From contig CAJQQM010000061.1 of the NCBI GenBank assembly GCA_905480485.1, positions 3,704-67,703 of the forward strand: a stretch of 64,000 nt of DNA, read 5' to 3'. The stretch is from an uncultured Aureispira sp. Lineage in GTDB: Bacteria; Bacteroidota; Bacteroidia; Chitinophagales; Saprospiraceae. The position numbers and the translations under genes are program-made. Below, piece by piece: positions 30,077 through 40,061 of this stretch (its first letter is position 1; each line of letters starts with the position of its first letter). Under the pieces are notes generated by a model. That model did no database searches and was not told the origin of the DNA. It saw only the letters and a list, made by a program, of their open reading frames with translations.

Positions 30077-31150
30077 ATGCCAGAACAAAACTTTGATTTT
30101 AATGAACTGAAGGAGCTTAAATTGGCTCAATACAAAAAGCAGCATCTTAAGCCTGCTGTATTTAAGAAATGTAAAGGGGCGATTATATTTGTCGATTACA
30201 AACTTGCCGGCAAAAAAACACCTTGTGTTATTGTACCTTTTAAAAAAGGTCCTATTGCTGCGAAGACGTTCAAGGATGTAAAGAAAAATAAGGAACACTT
30301 GTTGAAAAAAACAGGTTTAGCCTCGTTGGTATTTAGTGTAGATGAAACAGGTAAACCACAAGTAACAATTGACTTGAAAAAAGGGGGGTTAAGTGCGCCT
30401 GTCCTTGAAGCCAAAGCGGCCAAACTATTTGGGGAAATTAAAATGGCCTTTAAAGTTGTCGGTAATGCTGAGGAAGTTACAGAGGAACAAGCTGAACAAA
30501 ATGACAACAGTGCTGAAGAAACTGCCGAAGCACCGGCTGCAACGGCACAAGAGGTTTTGAATGAAATTAAAGCCATGATTCAGACTGTAGCTGCTGCTAT
30601 GAAAGGACAGGTCAAACCTGTTGTAGCCAATGTAAAAGGAAAGGCTGTAACGGAATCGGATAGAGATGTGATAGATGATGTTTTGGATACAATATCTGAC
30701 CTGACAGCAGCTTTTAACGATGCTGAAGCTCGTATTCAAAATGCTGTTAAAGCACATTATGACAAAATAATAGGCTACAAGCCAAGTCTTGATAAAATTC
30801 AGCTGGCCATTGAAAAACTTCTACCTGCGCTTGAAGATGCTGTAGAAGAGGTGATTGATACTGTTGTAGATGTAGCTGATTCTATCAGCGAGGTGGTGAA
30901 TGATGCTTTAGATGCTGTAAGTGAGGCATTGGGAGAGGCCTTTGGTGCTTTGGATAACGATATTGTTGAAGAGGAAACCGAATTGCCAGAAGATCCTGCT
31001 GTGCAAGCTTTGCGTGATCTATTGAGTAAAGGCAGTTCTTTTATTCAAAATTGCTCGAAAGAATTAGATAGTATCGAATCTTCTATTCAACAGAATGCCG
31101 AGGCAATGACACTGCCTGAAGGAGCTGCATTGCTCAACGATTTATTTTAA
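30077..31150 (+). CDS. Hypothetical protein: Lys-rich N-terminal domain, acidic linker, amphipathic helical C-terminus
   Basis: 357-aa ATG ORF with no signal peptide, followed 26 nt later by a second ORF. Confidence 0.8.
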   Translation: MPEQNFDFNELKELKLAQYKKQHLKPAVFKKCKGAIIFVDYKLAGKKTPCVIVPFKKGPIAAKTFKDVKKNKEHLLKKTGLASLVFSVDETGKPQVTIDLKKGGLSAPVLEAKAAKLFGEIKMAFKVVGNAEEVTEEQAEQNDNSAEETAEAPAATAQEVLNEIKAMIQTVAAAMKGQVKPVVANVKGKAVTESDRDVIDDVLDTISDLTAAFNDAEARIQNAVKAHYDKIIGYKPSLDKIQLAIEKLLPALEDAVEEVIDTVVDVADSISEVVNDALDAVSEALGEAFGALDNDIVEEETELPEDPAVQALRDLLSKGSSFIQNCSKELDSIESSIQQNAEAMTLPEGAALLNDLF

Positions 31151-31176
31151 TTAAAACCCTTTAAAATTAGTTTATA

Positions 31177-32616
31177 ATGCCAAAAAATAAAGAAACCGAT
31201 CAGGCAAGAACGTCAAGATCACAACAAGAAACCTTTTATAATGACCTTAAAGAAGGAGCCGAGGTAGTAATGCAATATGCTCCAGAGTTGTACGAAGAAG
31301 CTTCTAAAATGTGGTCTCAAGTCGAGGAAGGTATTGATAGAGCATCAAATATAGAAGTTGCAGGGACAACGCTTGGAGATTTAGTTAGTACAGGAACTGA
31401 TATATATAATGATATTTCGGAAGGAACGGATCCAACAGAGGCTATTATTGAGCATACTGTAGGTTCGACTATTGATACATTTCTCGAAGAACATGCCAAT
31501 TACGAGGGAACAATTTTTGAATTAAGTTATAACCAATCAATTCCAGTATACCCACCTATTAACGCCGATGTAGGGGTAAGTGCAAGCGCTGAAGCTTCTT
31601 TATCATCGACTAGAGAGGGAGCAAAAATTACTTGTACTGGAACAGCCTCTGCTACAGCACGTTTATCAATAGGTATGAGTGTAGGCTTTGAAGTAGCAGG
31701 CTATGGTTTGTCAATAGGAGCTGGTGTTCAAGGTGGACCCGATTTCAATTCTAGTTTGTCTGTTAGCTTAGGCCTAAGTGGTGCCAATCTTACTGGAACG
31801 GTTAGCCCTCTAGATATTGACTTGTCATTAGCAGCAGAGGCTTATTTTGGGGTGTCTGGCATACCTCAAGAATTAATCGATTGGGCTGCTTCACAACTAG
31901 GTCTTAGCACAAGCGGCAATAGAATTCTATATCCTTTAGGGACGGTAAGTATTTTGATCGTAACAACACCAAGTTACTCTATTACCTTTGATATGGCTGC
32001 AGGGCGTTTCAAAAATGCTAGTGCACAAGGGCAATTTAGTGCAACAGTTCATCCTACTTTAGTTGCTGCTGTTGAGAGTGTATACAACTCACTACGTAAC
32101 ATAGGTACTGCTATTGCAGAAGGAATTGTAGATGCTGCCGGTGAACTCTACGAAGGTGCCGTTGATTTGGCCGAAGATGCAGTTGAGGTTGTATCAGAAA
32201 AAGCTGAGGAAGTTGGCGACGCTATTTCGGATGCAGCGTCCTCATTATTAAATTCTGGTAGACGCGCTATTGAACAGACGAGTGAATACCTCGAAGAGAG
32301 CTACGAAGAGGTAAGTCAAGCGGTCAACGAAGTGGTTGATTATGGCCGTGAGGTGGTAGATAATATGTCTGAATCTGCACAGCAAGCGTATGAAGCTGTT
32401 GATGAATTTGTAGATACAGTTTATGATGAAGGACGTGAATTTGTTGGTGAAGTTAGCGAAAGTGTGACAGAGGCTGCTGCTGTAGTTTACGATACAGTTT
32501 CTAATACAGCAAATGATATTTATAACTCGGCAAGTAGTGCAATGGATTCAGTAGGAGAAGCAGCTAGTGATTTTTATAATTCTGTTACTGAAATTGATTT
32601 AAATCCATTCTGGTAG
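31177..32616 (+). CDS. Hypothetical acidic protein with central beta-rich segment and C-terminal 11-residue amphipathic repeats
   Basis: 479-aa ATG ORF with no signal peptide, ending DLNPFW and followed by a terminator. Confidence 0.8.
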   Translation: MPKNKETDQARTSRSQQETFYNDLKEGAEVVMQYAPELYEEASKMWSQVEEGIDRASNIEVAGTTLGDLVSTGTDIYNDISEGTDPTEAIIEHTVGSTIDTFLEEHANYEGTIFELSYNQSIPVYPPINADVGVSASAEASLSSTREGAKITCTGTASATARLSIGMSVGFEVAGYGLSIGAGVQGGPDFNSSLSVSLGLSGANLTGTVSPLDIDLSLAAEAYFGVSGIPQELIDWAASQLGLSTSGNRILYPLGTVSILIVTTPSYSITFDMAAGRFKNASAQGQFSATVHPTLVAAVESVYNSLRNIGTAIAEGIVDAAGELYEGAVDLAEDAVEVVSEKAEEVGDAISDAASSLLNSGRRAIEQTSEYLEESYEEVSQAVNEVVDYGREVVDNMSESAQQAYEAVDEFVDTVYDEGREFVGEVSESVTEAAAVVYDTVSNTANDIYNSASSAMDSVGEAASDFYNSVTEIDLNPFW

Positions 32617-32641
32617 AACAGAAAATAAATAGATAAATACC

Positions 32642-32676
32642 AAAACCACTCAATATTTTATTGGGTGGTTTTTTTT
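32642..32676 (+). terminator. Terminator of the 30077-32616 operon
   Basis: AAAACCACTCAATA / TATTGGGTGGTTTT stem (one G-U pair) followed by a T run. Confidence 0.75.
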
Positions 32677-32714
32677 GGATTTAATCCTATGGATAAGATT
32701 ATTGCGTTTGTATT

Positions 32715-32750
32715 AAAAAAGGCTACTTGAATTTTCAAGTAGCCTTTTTT
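32715..32750. terminator. Terminator downstream of the convergent TPR gene
   Basis: AAAAAAGGCTACTTGAA-TT-TTCAAGTAGCCTTTTTT perfect inverted repeat. Confidence 0.85.
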
Positions 32751-32769
32751 AAAATTATGTATTTAATAT

Positions 32770-34476
32770 TTAACTAGCTTTGAAAAAAGCACTAGAAATA
32801 GCTTCAGCATTAGCGCCTAAAAATTCCATTTCTTGGGGTATCATAGTGCGGTTATACGCTTTAGATACTGCAAACGGGATTTCATTCAATTTGGTTGCCT
32901 TGAAGTGAATGTTTTCTCCAGCTTTTTCAGTCATAATTAGTTCATTATCAAGTGATAAGTGTAATTTCATCTCATATTTTCTACTACCGTCTACTGCGCT
33001 GCAAGCTAATTTTAGGTCTTGGTCATTTTCTTCGATAATGTGAAAGACCGTTCCTTCTGCGTGGACAGACTTAACCATCAAAGTTCCTTTTTCGGTTAAT
33101 ACAAAAGAAGTAGATTGAAAAGAATTGACGATGGAATTGTATACATTTTCGGGTTGAGTATTTAAAACTTGACTGTCTAAACTTGAAAAGGACCAAAGCT
33201 TACCATTTATTTTTTGAAGCATACTAGAAGCTGCATTTGATTCTATATGAGAAGCATTTGCAGCAATTGCCTTGTTTTTGATATCACTTAGGTAATTATT
33301 TAGTTTTTTGTAGATGAATTTCTCTGCATCACTGTTGCCTTTGAGTTTTGCTTTTTTAAGAAAATGATAAGCAAGCGCAAAATCATCCTGAGAAAAGGCT
33401 ACAATTCCCAAACCATACAAACCTACTTTTGCTTGGGTAGTATTGGATATCATTGCCTCAAATACAGCTTTTGATGCATCAACTTCTTGATTTTTTAGCA
33501 ATAAAAATCCTAGTTTTTCACGATAGTCAAAATCGAGATTATTATCATCGAGTAATCGAATTATTTCTTTTAGATCTTTAATAGCATCGGCGATGTTATT
33601 GGAAAAAAGGTAGGCATTTGCCCTTAAATTGTAATAAACGTAATTATCCGGCTCGTTTTCAATCACTGTATTCAAGGTTGCAATAGCTTCAGCTTCCTTT
33701 CCATTCATTGTTAAAGCCTTTACATAAAGGTCTACAAAAGAAGCCGGTACTGAATCTGTACTCATGTCCATTGCTTTTTTTAGCTGTGTTGCAGCTTCTC
33801 CATAAACTCTAGAATTGTATAATTTTTGAGCAAAGTCAAACCGATAGGATATGTTGTCAGGGCGTTTAGCCACTAGGCTATCATATACTTTTAACCCATC
33901 TTTCTTGTTGCCTAGGGCGAATAGAATCTTGATAAGTAAAACCGTAGTGGGTTCATCGAATGCATTGCCTAAGGCTAGGTTAATAGATATTAAAGCATCC
34001 TCCAGGTTTTTTTGTTCGTAGTAAAGTTCGGCAAGGTGTAAATTGACAAGTTTGTCCTCTTTTTCAATTGCATGGGCTTTGAGTAAATAGTCTTTTGCTT
34101 TGTCGAACATTCCAGAAACTCTTAGCTCGTAAAGCCCCATATTTTTGAGCGCTTCAAAATTGTTTTCATCAATGTTTAGAGCCTTAAGATAGAGTATTCT
34201 AGCTTCTTCATAAAGAAATTGTTCTTCTTTTAAGTTGGCAAATTTAACGAGATAAGAAGATTCAGAAGGAGCTAATTCACAGGCTTTAGCGATACAAGTT
34301 TGTGCCTTTTTGTAGTCGAGCTGCTCTTTGCTACTAAATAAAGTTGCAAGATAGGCATAGCCAAAAGCCTCTTGAGGAAACTGTTCGACGGCAGTTTTAG
34401 CTAAGGATTCTAGAGAGGAGATGTTGTTGGTTTGTATTGCTTTTTCTAAGTCTGATACCAGTGTTTCTTTTTCCAT
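32770..34476 (-). CDS. Multi-TPR protein with an uncharacterised C-terminal domain
   Basis: About 10 TPR-like units (EARILYLKALNIDENN, YYNLRANAYLF, GLYGLGIVAF). No signal peptide. Confidence 0.8.
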   Translation of the reverse strand: MEKETLVSDLEKAIQTNNISSLESLAKTAVEQFPQEAFGYAYLATLFSSKEQLDYKKAQTCIAKACELAPSESSYLVKFANLKEEQFLYEEARILYLKALNIDENNFEALKNMGLYELRVSGMFDKAKDYLLKAHAIEKEDKLVNLHLAELYYEQKNLEDALISINLALGNAFDEPTTVLLIKILFALGNKKDGLKVYDSLVAKRPDNISYRFDFAQKLYNSRVYGEAATQLKKAMDMSTDSVPASFVDLYVKALTMNGKEAEAIATLNTVIENEPDNYVYYNLRANAYLFSNNIADAIKDLKEIIRLLDDNNLDFDYREKLGFLLLKNQEVDASKAVFEAMISNTTQAKVGLYGLGIVAFSQDDFALAYHFLKKAKLKGNSDAEKFIYKKLNNYLSDIKNKAIAANASHIESNAASSMLQKINGKLWSFSSLDSQVLNTQPENVYNSIVNSFQSTSFVLTEKGTLMVKSVHAEGTVFHIIEENDQDLKLACSAVDGSRKYEMKLHLSLDNELIMTEKAGENIHFKATKLNEIPFAVSKAYNRTMIPQEMEFLGANAEAISSAFFKAS

Positions 34477-34777
34477 GAATTGGTAATTTAAGTGGGTAAA
34501 AATATGTTTAAGTGCCTATCTTGTTGTCTTTGGTCATTTCTGCCAATTTTTTGTATTTATTGATTACAAACGGGGGACACCAAGATACTTTATTGAATAA
34601 TATTTGTAGTATCAATATACAACTATTTATGTTTAAATTGAAAAGGCGTTTAATAAATTTGGAAAATAGTTAACATTTAAAATTATTTCATAGCTATGCA
34701 AGATTATTCAGTTCAATTTGTTTAATTTGTACAGTCGAAAATCTTAGTCTATTCAACTCAAATAAGCTTATTGCAGT

Positions 34778-35581
34778 ATGCAAATTGAATTTTATAAATA
34801 CCAAGGAACCGGAAACGATTTTGTCATTATTGATGCAAGGTCATTCGATAAAAAAATCTTTACACCGACCAAAATAAAACATATATGTGACCGTCGCTTT
34901 GGAATAGGTGCTGATGGTTTGATGCTATTAACCCTCAAAGAGGGTTTTGATTTTGAGATGCTTTATTTTAATGCCAATGGCTTGCCCGGGTCGATGTGTG
35001 GCAATGGGGGGCGTTGTATGGTGGCCTTTGCCCAATTTTTGGGTATATTACGAAAGAATAAGGCATATTTTTGGGCAATAGACGGGCCACACGAAGCAGT
35101 TATCGACGCTAGTTATACAGTAACACTAAAAATGAAAGCGGTTTCTGTAAAAGATTTTGATTTCGATTATATGTTTTTGGATACTGGGTCTCCGCATCAT
35201 ATAGAATTTGTCAGCGATTTGGATTCTTATGATATTTTTAGTGTAGGGCGCGCAATTCGTAACAACGAACGCTATCGAACGGAAGGTACAAATGTGAATT
35301 TTGTACAAATACTTGAAAAAAATCATATAAAGGTAGCTACCTATGAACGGGGTGTCGAGGATGAAACCTTGTCTTGTGGAACTGGAGTAACTGCAGCTGC
35401 TATTGCTTATTATTTGAAATCGGGTTTATCTACCAATTCAATTCAAATCGATATTCAAACCAAGGGAGGCAATCTGCAAGTTTTGTTTAATGTTCAGCAT
35501 CGTTCGTTTATGAATATTTGGTTAACAGGCCCTGCCGTGCAAGTGTTCAAAGGACAAGTTTCTTTAGGAGTCGATGCATAA
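34778..35581 (+). CDS. dapF: Diaminopimelate epimerase
   Basis: KYQGTGNDF, MCGNGGRC, TGSPH, YERGVEDETLSCGTG. Confidence 0.97.
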   Translation: MQIEFYKYQGTGNDFVIIDARSFDKKIFTPTKIKHICDRRFGIGADGLMLLTLKEGFDFEMLYFNANGLPGSMCGNGGRCMVAFAQFLGILRKNKAYFWAIDGPHEAVIDASYTVTLKMKAVSVKDFDFDYMFLDTGSPHHIEFVSDLDSYDIFSVGRAIRNNERYRTEGTNVNFVQILEKNHIKVATYERGVEDETLSCGTGVTAAAIAYYLKSGLSTNSIQIDIQTKGGNLQVLFNVQHRSFMNIWLTGPAVQVFKGQVSLGVDA

Positions 35582-35679
35582 AGACAAATTAAAAAAAAGA
35601 AGCTTTGCATTCTTCGCTTTGTTTCAATTAGGTTAACTTCGTACAATGATAGAATATTGTACATAATACTATAACTAAA

Positions 35680-36306
35680 ATGCCTGCGTCACTACTTAAG
35701 ATTCATCCACAAAATCCAGAGGGGAGAAAAATACAACAAGCCATTGAAATCATCAAGAAAGGCGGCTTAGTGATTTATCCGACCGATACTATCTACGGAT
35801 TGGGATGTGATATTACTAATAATAAAGCAGTAGAACGGATATGTCGAATCAAAGGAATTAAATCCCAAAAGGCTAATTTCTCTTTTATTTGTGCTGACCT
35901 CAGTAATATATCTCAGTACACCAAGCCCTTCAGTAGTGCAGTTTATAAAGTAATGCGCAAAAATTTACCAGGGCCTTTTACGTTCATTTTGGACGCGAGT
36001 ACCAAGGTTCCTAAAATGCTAAAGAACAATCGAAAGTCGGTAGGTATTCGTGTGCCGAACAGTCCGATTGTATCTGCTTTGGTCGAACAACTCGATTATC
36101 CAATAATGTCTACATCGCTCAAAAACAACGAAGACCCAATTATACCGCATCCCACCGACCCTTTTGAAATATACGAACAATATAAAAACAGTGTAGATTT
36201 GATTATTGATGGAGGATTTGGAGGTAATATTCCATCAGCAGTGATTGATTGTACCAAAAATCAAATAAATCTAATTCGAGAAGGTGAAGAAGCTTTATTA
36301 TTTTAA
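35680..36306 (+). CDS. Sua5/YciO/YrdC family (threonylcarbamoyl-AMP synthase-like) protein
   Basis: YPTDTIYGLGCD, LPGPFTFIL, VGIRVP, IMSTSL (YciO-type variant). Confidence 0.88.
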   Translation: MPASLLKIHPQNPEGRKIQQAIEIIKKGGLVIYPTDTIYGLGCDITNNKAVERICRIKGIKSQKANFSFICADLSNISQYTKPFSSAVYKVMRKNLPGPFTFILDASTKVPKMLKNNRKSVGIRVPNSPIVSALVEQLDYPIMSTSLKNNEDPIIPHPTDPFEIYEQYKNSVDLIIDGGFGGNIPSAVIDCTKNQINLIREGEEALLF

Positions 36307-36312
36307 TAAAAT

Positions 36313-36738
36313 ATGCATGAATTACAACAAAAAATAATTGTAGTAGCCGCTTTTATGGGGGCTTTAGCCGTAGTACTAGGCGCCTTTGGAGCCCATAGCT
36401 TAGCAGACTATCTGTCCCCCAAACAGTTGTCTACCTACCAAACAGGTATTGATTATCATTTTTTTCATAGCCTTGCCTTGTTAGGTATTGCCAATTTGCC
36501 CCTGTTAACGGATCGACATCAGCGTTATTTGAAATTGACCTATCGTTTGTTGGTACTGGGAATTATTTTCTTTTCGGGTTCCTTGTATTTACTGGCTTGT
36601 AAAGCCATACTGCCAATAACAGGATTTATTTTTGTTATAGGTCCTATGACTCCAATTGGAGGATTGTTTTTTATTTTAGCCTGGGCCAGCTTAATAGCTT
36701 ACGCGTTTTGCCCAACACCACAAAAAAAGACAAGTTGA
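36313..36738 (+). CDS. DUF423 family membrane protein
   Basis: AVVLGAFGAH, YHFFHSLALL, FFSGSLY, TPIGGL. Confidence 0.9.
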   Translation: MHELQQKIIVVAAFMGALAVVLGAFGAHSLADYLSPKQLSTYQTGIDYHFFHSLALLGIANLPLLTDRHQRYLKLTYRLLVLGIIFFSGSLYLLACKAILPITGFIFVIGPMTPIGGLFFILAWASLIAYAFCPTPQKKTS

Positions 36739-36788
36739 TCGTAACTTGTTTAGCCACACTTTATTAAACTTTTTAGTGTATTAAATTT

Positions 36789-38315
36789 ATGTCAATACCA
36801 TCTTATCAAAATTACGTAGAGCAATTAGTTAAAATACAGGATATTCGTAGTTCGATTGCTCTTTTGCAATGGGACATGGAAATCTACGCACCTTCTAAAG
36901 GAGCCTCCAAAAGAGCTCAACAAATTGCGACTTTGTCGGCTACGGCACACGAATGGTCTACCTCAGAATATCTTGGTAATTTATTAATAGAATTGAATGA
37001 GAAAGTAGATCAATTAACAGAAGATCAACGGATAAATGTTCAGAAAAGTTGGGAGTCTTATCAAAAAGAAACAAAGTTGCCTACCGCCTTTGTAAAAGAA
37101 TTGTCAAGAGCTCAATCTGATGCTTTTCAAGCATGGATCAAAGCAAGAGAGGCCAACGATTTTTCTGTTTTTAAGGATTCACTACGTCAAATTGTTCACT
37201 TATTACGAAAAAAAACGAAGCTGCTCGGTTATCAACAACATCCCTATGATGCTTTATTAAACGAATACGAACAAGGTGCAACTGTCGATTTTCTTGATCG
37301 TTTGTTTGCCAAGGTTAAGCTTGCTTTAAAGCAGTTGATTATCGTCCTAAATAAAGAGGGAGAAGCCACCGATAATGCCTTTTTGAAAAAATCATTTTCT
37401 AAAAGCAAACAATGGGATTTTGGATTGTACTTACTCAAGCAAATGGGTTTTGACTTTGAGGCCGGTCGGCAAGATTTGTCAGAACATCCTTTTACCACCT
37501 CTTTTTCTGCAAATGATGTACGGGTTACCACTAGAATCGAAAAGAATAACCTGTTAGAAATGATTGGTGGTTGCGTACATGAAGGCGGACATGCTTTGTA
37601 TGAAATGGGCCTTAATCCTGCGCAATACGGTTTGCCCCTAGGGCAAGCGGTGTCTTTGGGTATGCACGAGTCTCAATCGCGTTTGTGGGAAAACCATGTG
37701 GGCTTAAGCAGGGCATTTTGGCAAGCAAATTATTCAACCCTACAGGCTTCTTTTCCCGAACAGCTTGGCCAAGTTTCTCTCGAACAATTTTATAAAGCTA
37801 TCAACCAAATTGCCCCCAATTATCTAAGAACAATAGCCGATGAAGTACATTATCATCTGCATGTTTTTATACGCTATGAAATTGAAAAAGGATTGATCGA
37901 AGGGACGATAGAGGTGGATACTCTTGAGCAAATATGGAATGAAAAGTACCGTCAGTTTTTAGGATTGGAGGTTGATAGTGCCAAAGTAGGGATATTGCAA
38001 GATGTGCATTGGGCAGAAGGTTTGTTTGGGTATTTTCCAACCTATTCTTTGGGTAGTTTTTATGCCGCTCAATTCTACAAACAGGCAAGCCTTGAAATCC
38101 CTGATTTGGAAACAAAAATTGCCAGTGGTAACCTAAAGCCTTTGTTGAGGTGGTTGCGAGAAAATATTCATCAACATGGGCAACGATTTAGCTCGGAAGA
38201 TTTGTGTCGAAAGGTGACAGGAGAGGGCCTTAATGTCGATTATTTCATGGATTATCTTAAGGAGAAATACGCCCAAGTGTATGCTTTTAATTCTACACTT
38301 AGCAATAAATATTAA
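36789..38315 (+). CDS. Carboxypeptidase M32 (Taq-like)
   Basis: HPYDALL, HPFTT, HEGGHALYE (HEXXH), HESQSRLWEN, QDVHW, YFPTYSLG. Confidence 0.95.
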   Translation: MSIPSYQNYVEQLVKIQDIRSSIALLQWDMEIYAPSKGASKRAQQIATLSATAHEWSTSEYLGNLLIELNEKVDQLTEDQRINVQKSWESYQKETKLPTAFVKELSRAQSDAFQAWIKAREANDFSVFKDSLRQIVHLLRKKTKLLGYQQHPYDALLNEYEQGATVDFLDRLFAKVKLALKQLIIVLNKEGEATDNAFLKKSFSKSKQWDFGLYLLKQMGFDFEAGRQDLSEHPFTTSFSANDVRVTTRIEKNNLLEMIGGCVHEGGHALYEMGLNPAQYGLPLGQAVSLGMHESQSRLWENHVGLSRAFWQANYSTLQASFPEQLGQVSLEQFYKAINQIAPNYLRTIADEVHYHLHVFIRYEIEKGLIEGTIEVDTLEQIWNEKYRQFLGLEVDSAKVGILQDVHWAEGLFGYFPTYSLGSFYAAQFYKQASLEIPDLETKIASGNLKPLLRWLRENIHQHGQRFSSEDLCRKVTGEGLNVDYFMDYLKEKYAQVYAFNSTLSNKY

Positions 38316-38962
38316 AAATTCGTCGCCCCGGGTAATGCGCTCAGAATTTCGGTAAATTCACTCAACATCATTGCAGTAGCACCCCAGACTACTTTATTGC
38401 TGAGGTCAAAATACGGAATGTCTTCTAATAGGTAGCCTTGTTCGGTGCGGATGTCTTTTACTTTTCTTAGAGAAAGGTTCATCAAATCATTAATCCGAAC
38501 CTCAATTATGGATTCGACTTCTTTGGTGTCGGGGACAAACAGTGGTTGTTTTTTTAAATAACCCACAAAAGGATGTACTAAAAAATTACTGACCGGAATG
38601 TATAAATCGGATAGCCGTCCTATTGTTTGAATTTCTTGTGCCGGGATGCCAAATTCTTCTTCAGTTTCGCGTTTAGCTGCCGCCTCTAAACTTATATCGT
38701 GTGCTTCAAGGCGCCCACCGGGTAAACTTATTTGACGACTGTGCGCATGAGGAGATTTAGGACGCTGCATCAGGGCAGTATACCATAGGTTATTTTTTTG
38801 ATACAATAGCAACATCACACAGGCTTCTTTGGCTTCTTTAGCTGGGTCAAAATAATGATCTTTTAGTTTTTGGTTCAAATCCGTTCGCATCATTTTGATT
38901 TGAGCCGATTTGCCAGGTAATGTTGTATTTAGTTGTTTTGTTATTTTTTGTATCAATGACAT
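38312..38962 (-). CDS. Nudix hydrolase, CoA pyrophosphatase type
   Basis: QISLPGG, Nudix box AAKRETEEEFG, IPVSNFLVHPFVG, VWGATAMML. Confidence 0.9.
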   Translation of the reverse strand: MSLIQKITKQLNTTLPGKSAQIKMMRTDLNQKLKDHYFDPAKEAKEACVMLLLYQKNNLWYTALMQRPKSPHAHSRQISLPGGRLEAHDISLEAAAKRETEEEFGIPAQEIQTIGRLSDLYIPVSNFLVHPFVGYLKKQPLFVPDTKEVESIIEVRINDLMNLSLRKVKDIRTEQGYLLEDIPYFDLSNKVVWGATAMMLSEFTEILSALPGATNF

Positions 38963-39227
38963 CGTCTATAAATTAAGGGAATTTCTTATAATAGGGTACT
39001 TACTGAGGCAGAATTAGGTTTGTTTTTCGGCTCAATAGTTCTCAAATGTATAGAATTTTACTATTATTATTTAATCTATTTCTAGAGACGCTCGCGCGAT
39101 TGAATAGACAAACAACGATTTAAATTCAGATTGGGTATAAATTAGTCATTTATTGCTTTATTATGGTCTATATTGTGGCTCGAAAGATACAATAATTTAA
39201 TTGTTTTAACCTACAATATATTGGCTT

Positions 39228-39911
39228 ATGAAACCGGGCTTGTGGACAAAACTGTGCAGTTATCTATGCGATATGTCTTTAGAGAAAGTAGAAAGCAACT
39301 TTTCTGGACCACTAGAATTAGTATTGCGCAACAACCGTTATGCACTTTGTACACAGAATGCTGTGTATTCCTACGATGATTTATACCACAACTTCAGGCT
39401 AGCGTTCCAACAAATTTCGATAGATCAATTAGCGGTTCAAAAAGTACTTGTATTGGGCTTAGGATTAGGTTCTATCCCCTTTATGTTGGAAAATAAATTT
39501 AATCAGGATTATCACTATACATTGGTCGAAATTGATCCGGTTATTATAGATTTGGCTCAAAAATACCGCCTCAAATATTTATCATCTACCTTTGAGGTGA
39601 TTGAGTCAGATGCTTTTGAATTTGTTAAGTGGAACAAAGATAAATATGACTTAATAGCGGTTGATATATTTATTGATGATGCTGTACCTGTTGCATTCGA
39701 ACAACTACAGTTTCTAAAAAATGTTAAACTTTTGATGCATACTGACGCTATTTTATTATTTAATCGTTTGGCATATAACGAAGCGCATTTACTAAAAACA
39801 AATGATTTTTTTAACAAAATATTTTTAAAAGTGTTTGAAGAAGGTAACATGTTATCGGTTTTATCCAATAGAATGTTGACAAATCGTCGTTCTTTTGAAC
39901 CAGAACAATAA
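39228..39911 (+). CDS. Spermidine-synthase-like SAM-dependent methyltransferase
   Basis: VLVLGLGLGSI, VEIDPVII, DAFEFV, YDLIAVDIF. Confidence 0.8.
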   Translation: MKPGLWTKLCSYLCDMSLEKVESNFSGPLELVLRNNRYALCTQNAVYSYDDLYHNFRLAFQQISIDQLAVQKVLVLGLGLGSIPFMLENKFNQDYHYTLVEIDPVIIDLAQKYRLKYLSSTFEVIESDAFEFVKWNKDKYDLIAVDIFIDDAVPVAFEQLQFLKNVKLLMHTDAILLFNRLAYNEAHLLKTNDFFNKIFLKVFEEGNMLSVLSNRMLTNRRSFEPEQ

Positions 39912-40061
39912 AATAGGTTTGGAATTTGCTATATCAAATACAAGCCGAAAATTTTAACATTTCAAAATATTTGTTGTACTTTAGATAAGCACTTATTTGC
40001 AGAAATCTTCTAAATCTAAGAGCCATTTCTACAGCAGAACAATAATTAATTTTTTCTTAGT

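Noticed and set aside
30196-30757. Antisense ORFs 30196-30576 and 30425-30757
   Set aside because: Fully overlap the longer + strand ORF that forms a terminator-bounded operon; treated as shadows, like the other short overlapping ORFs in the track.
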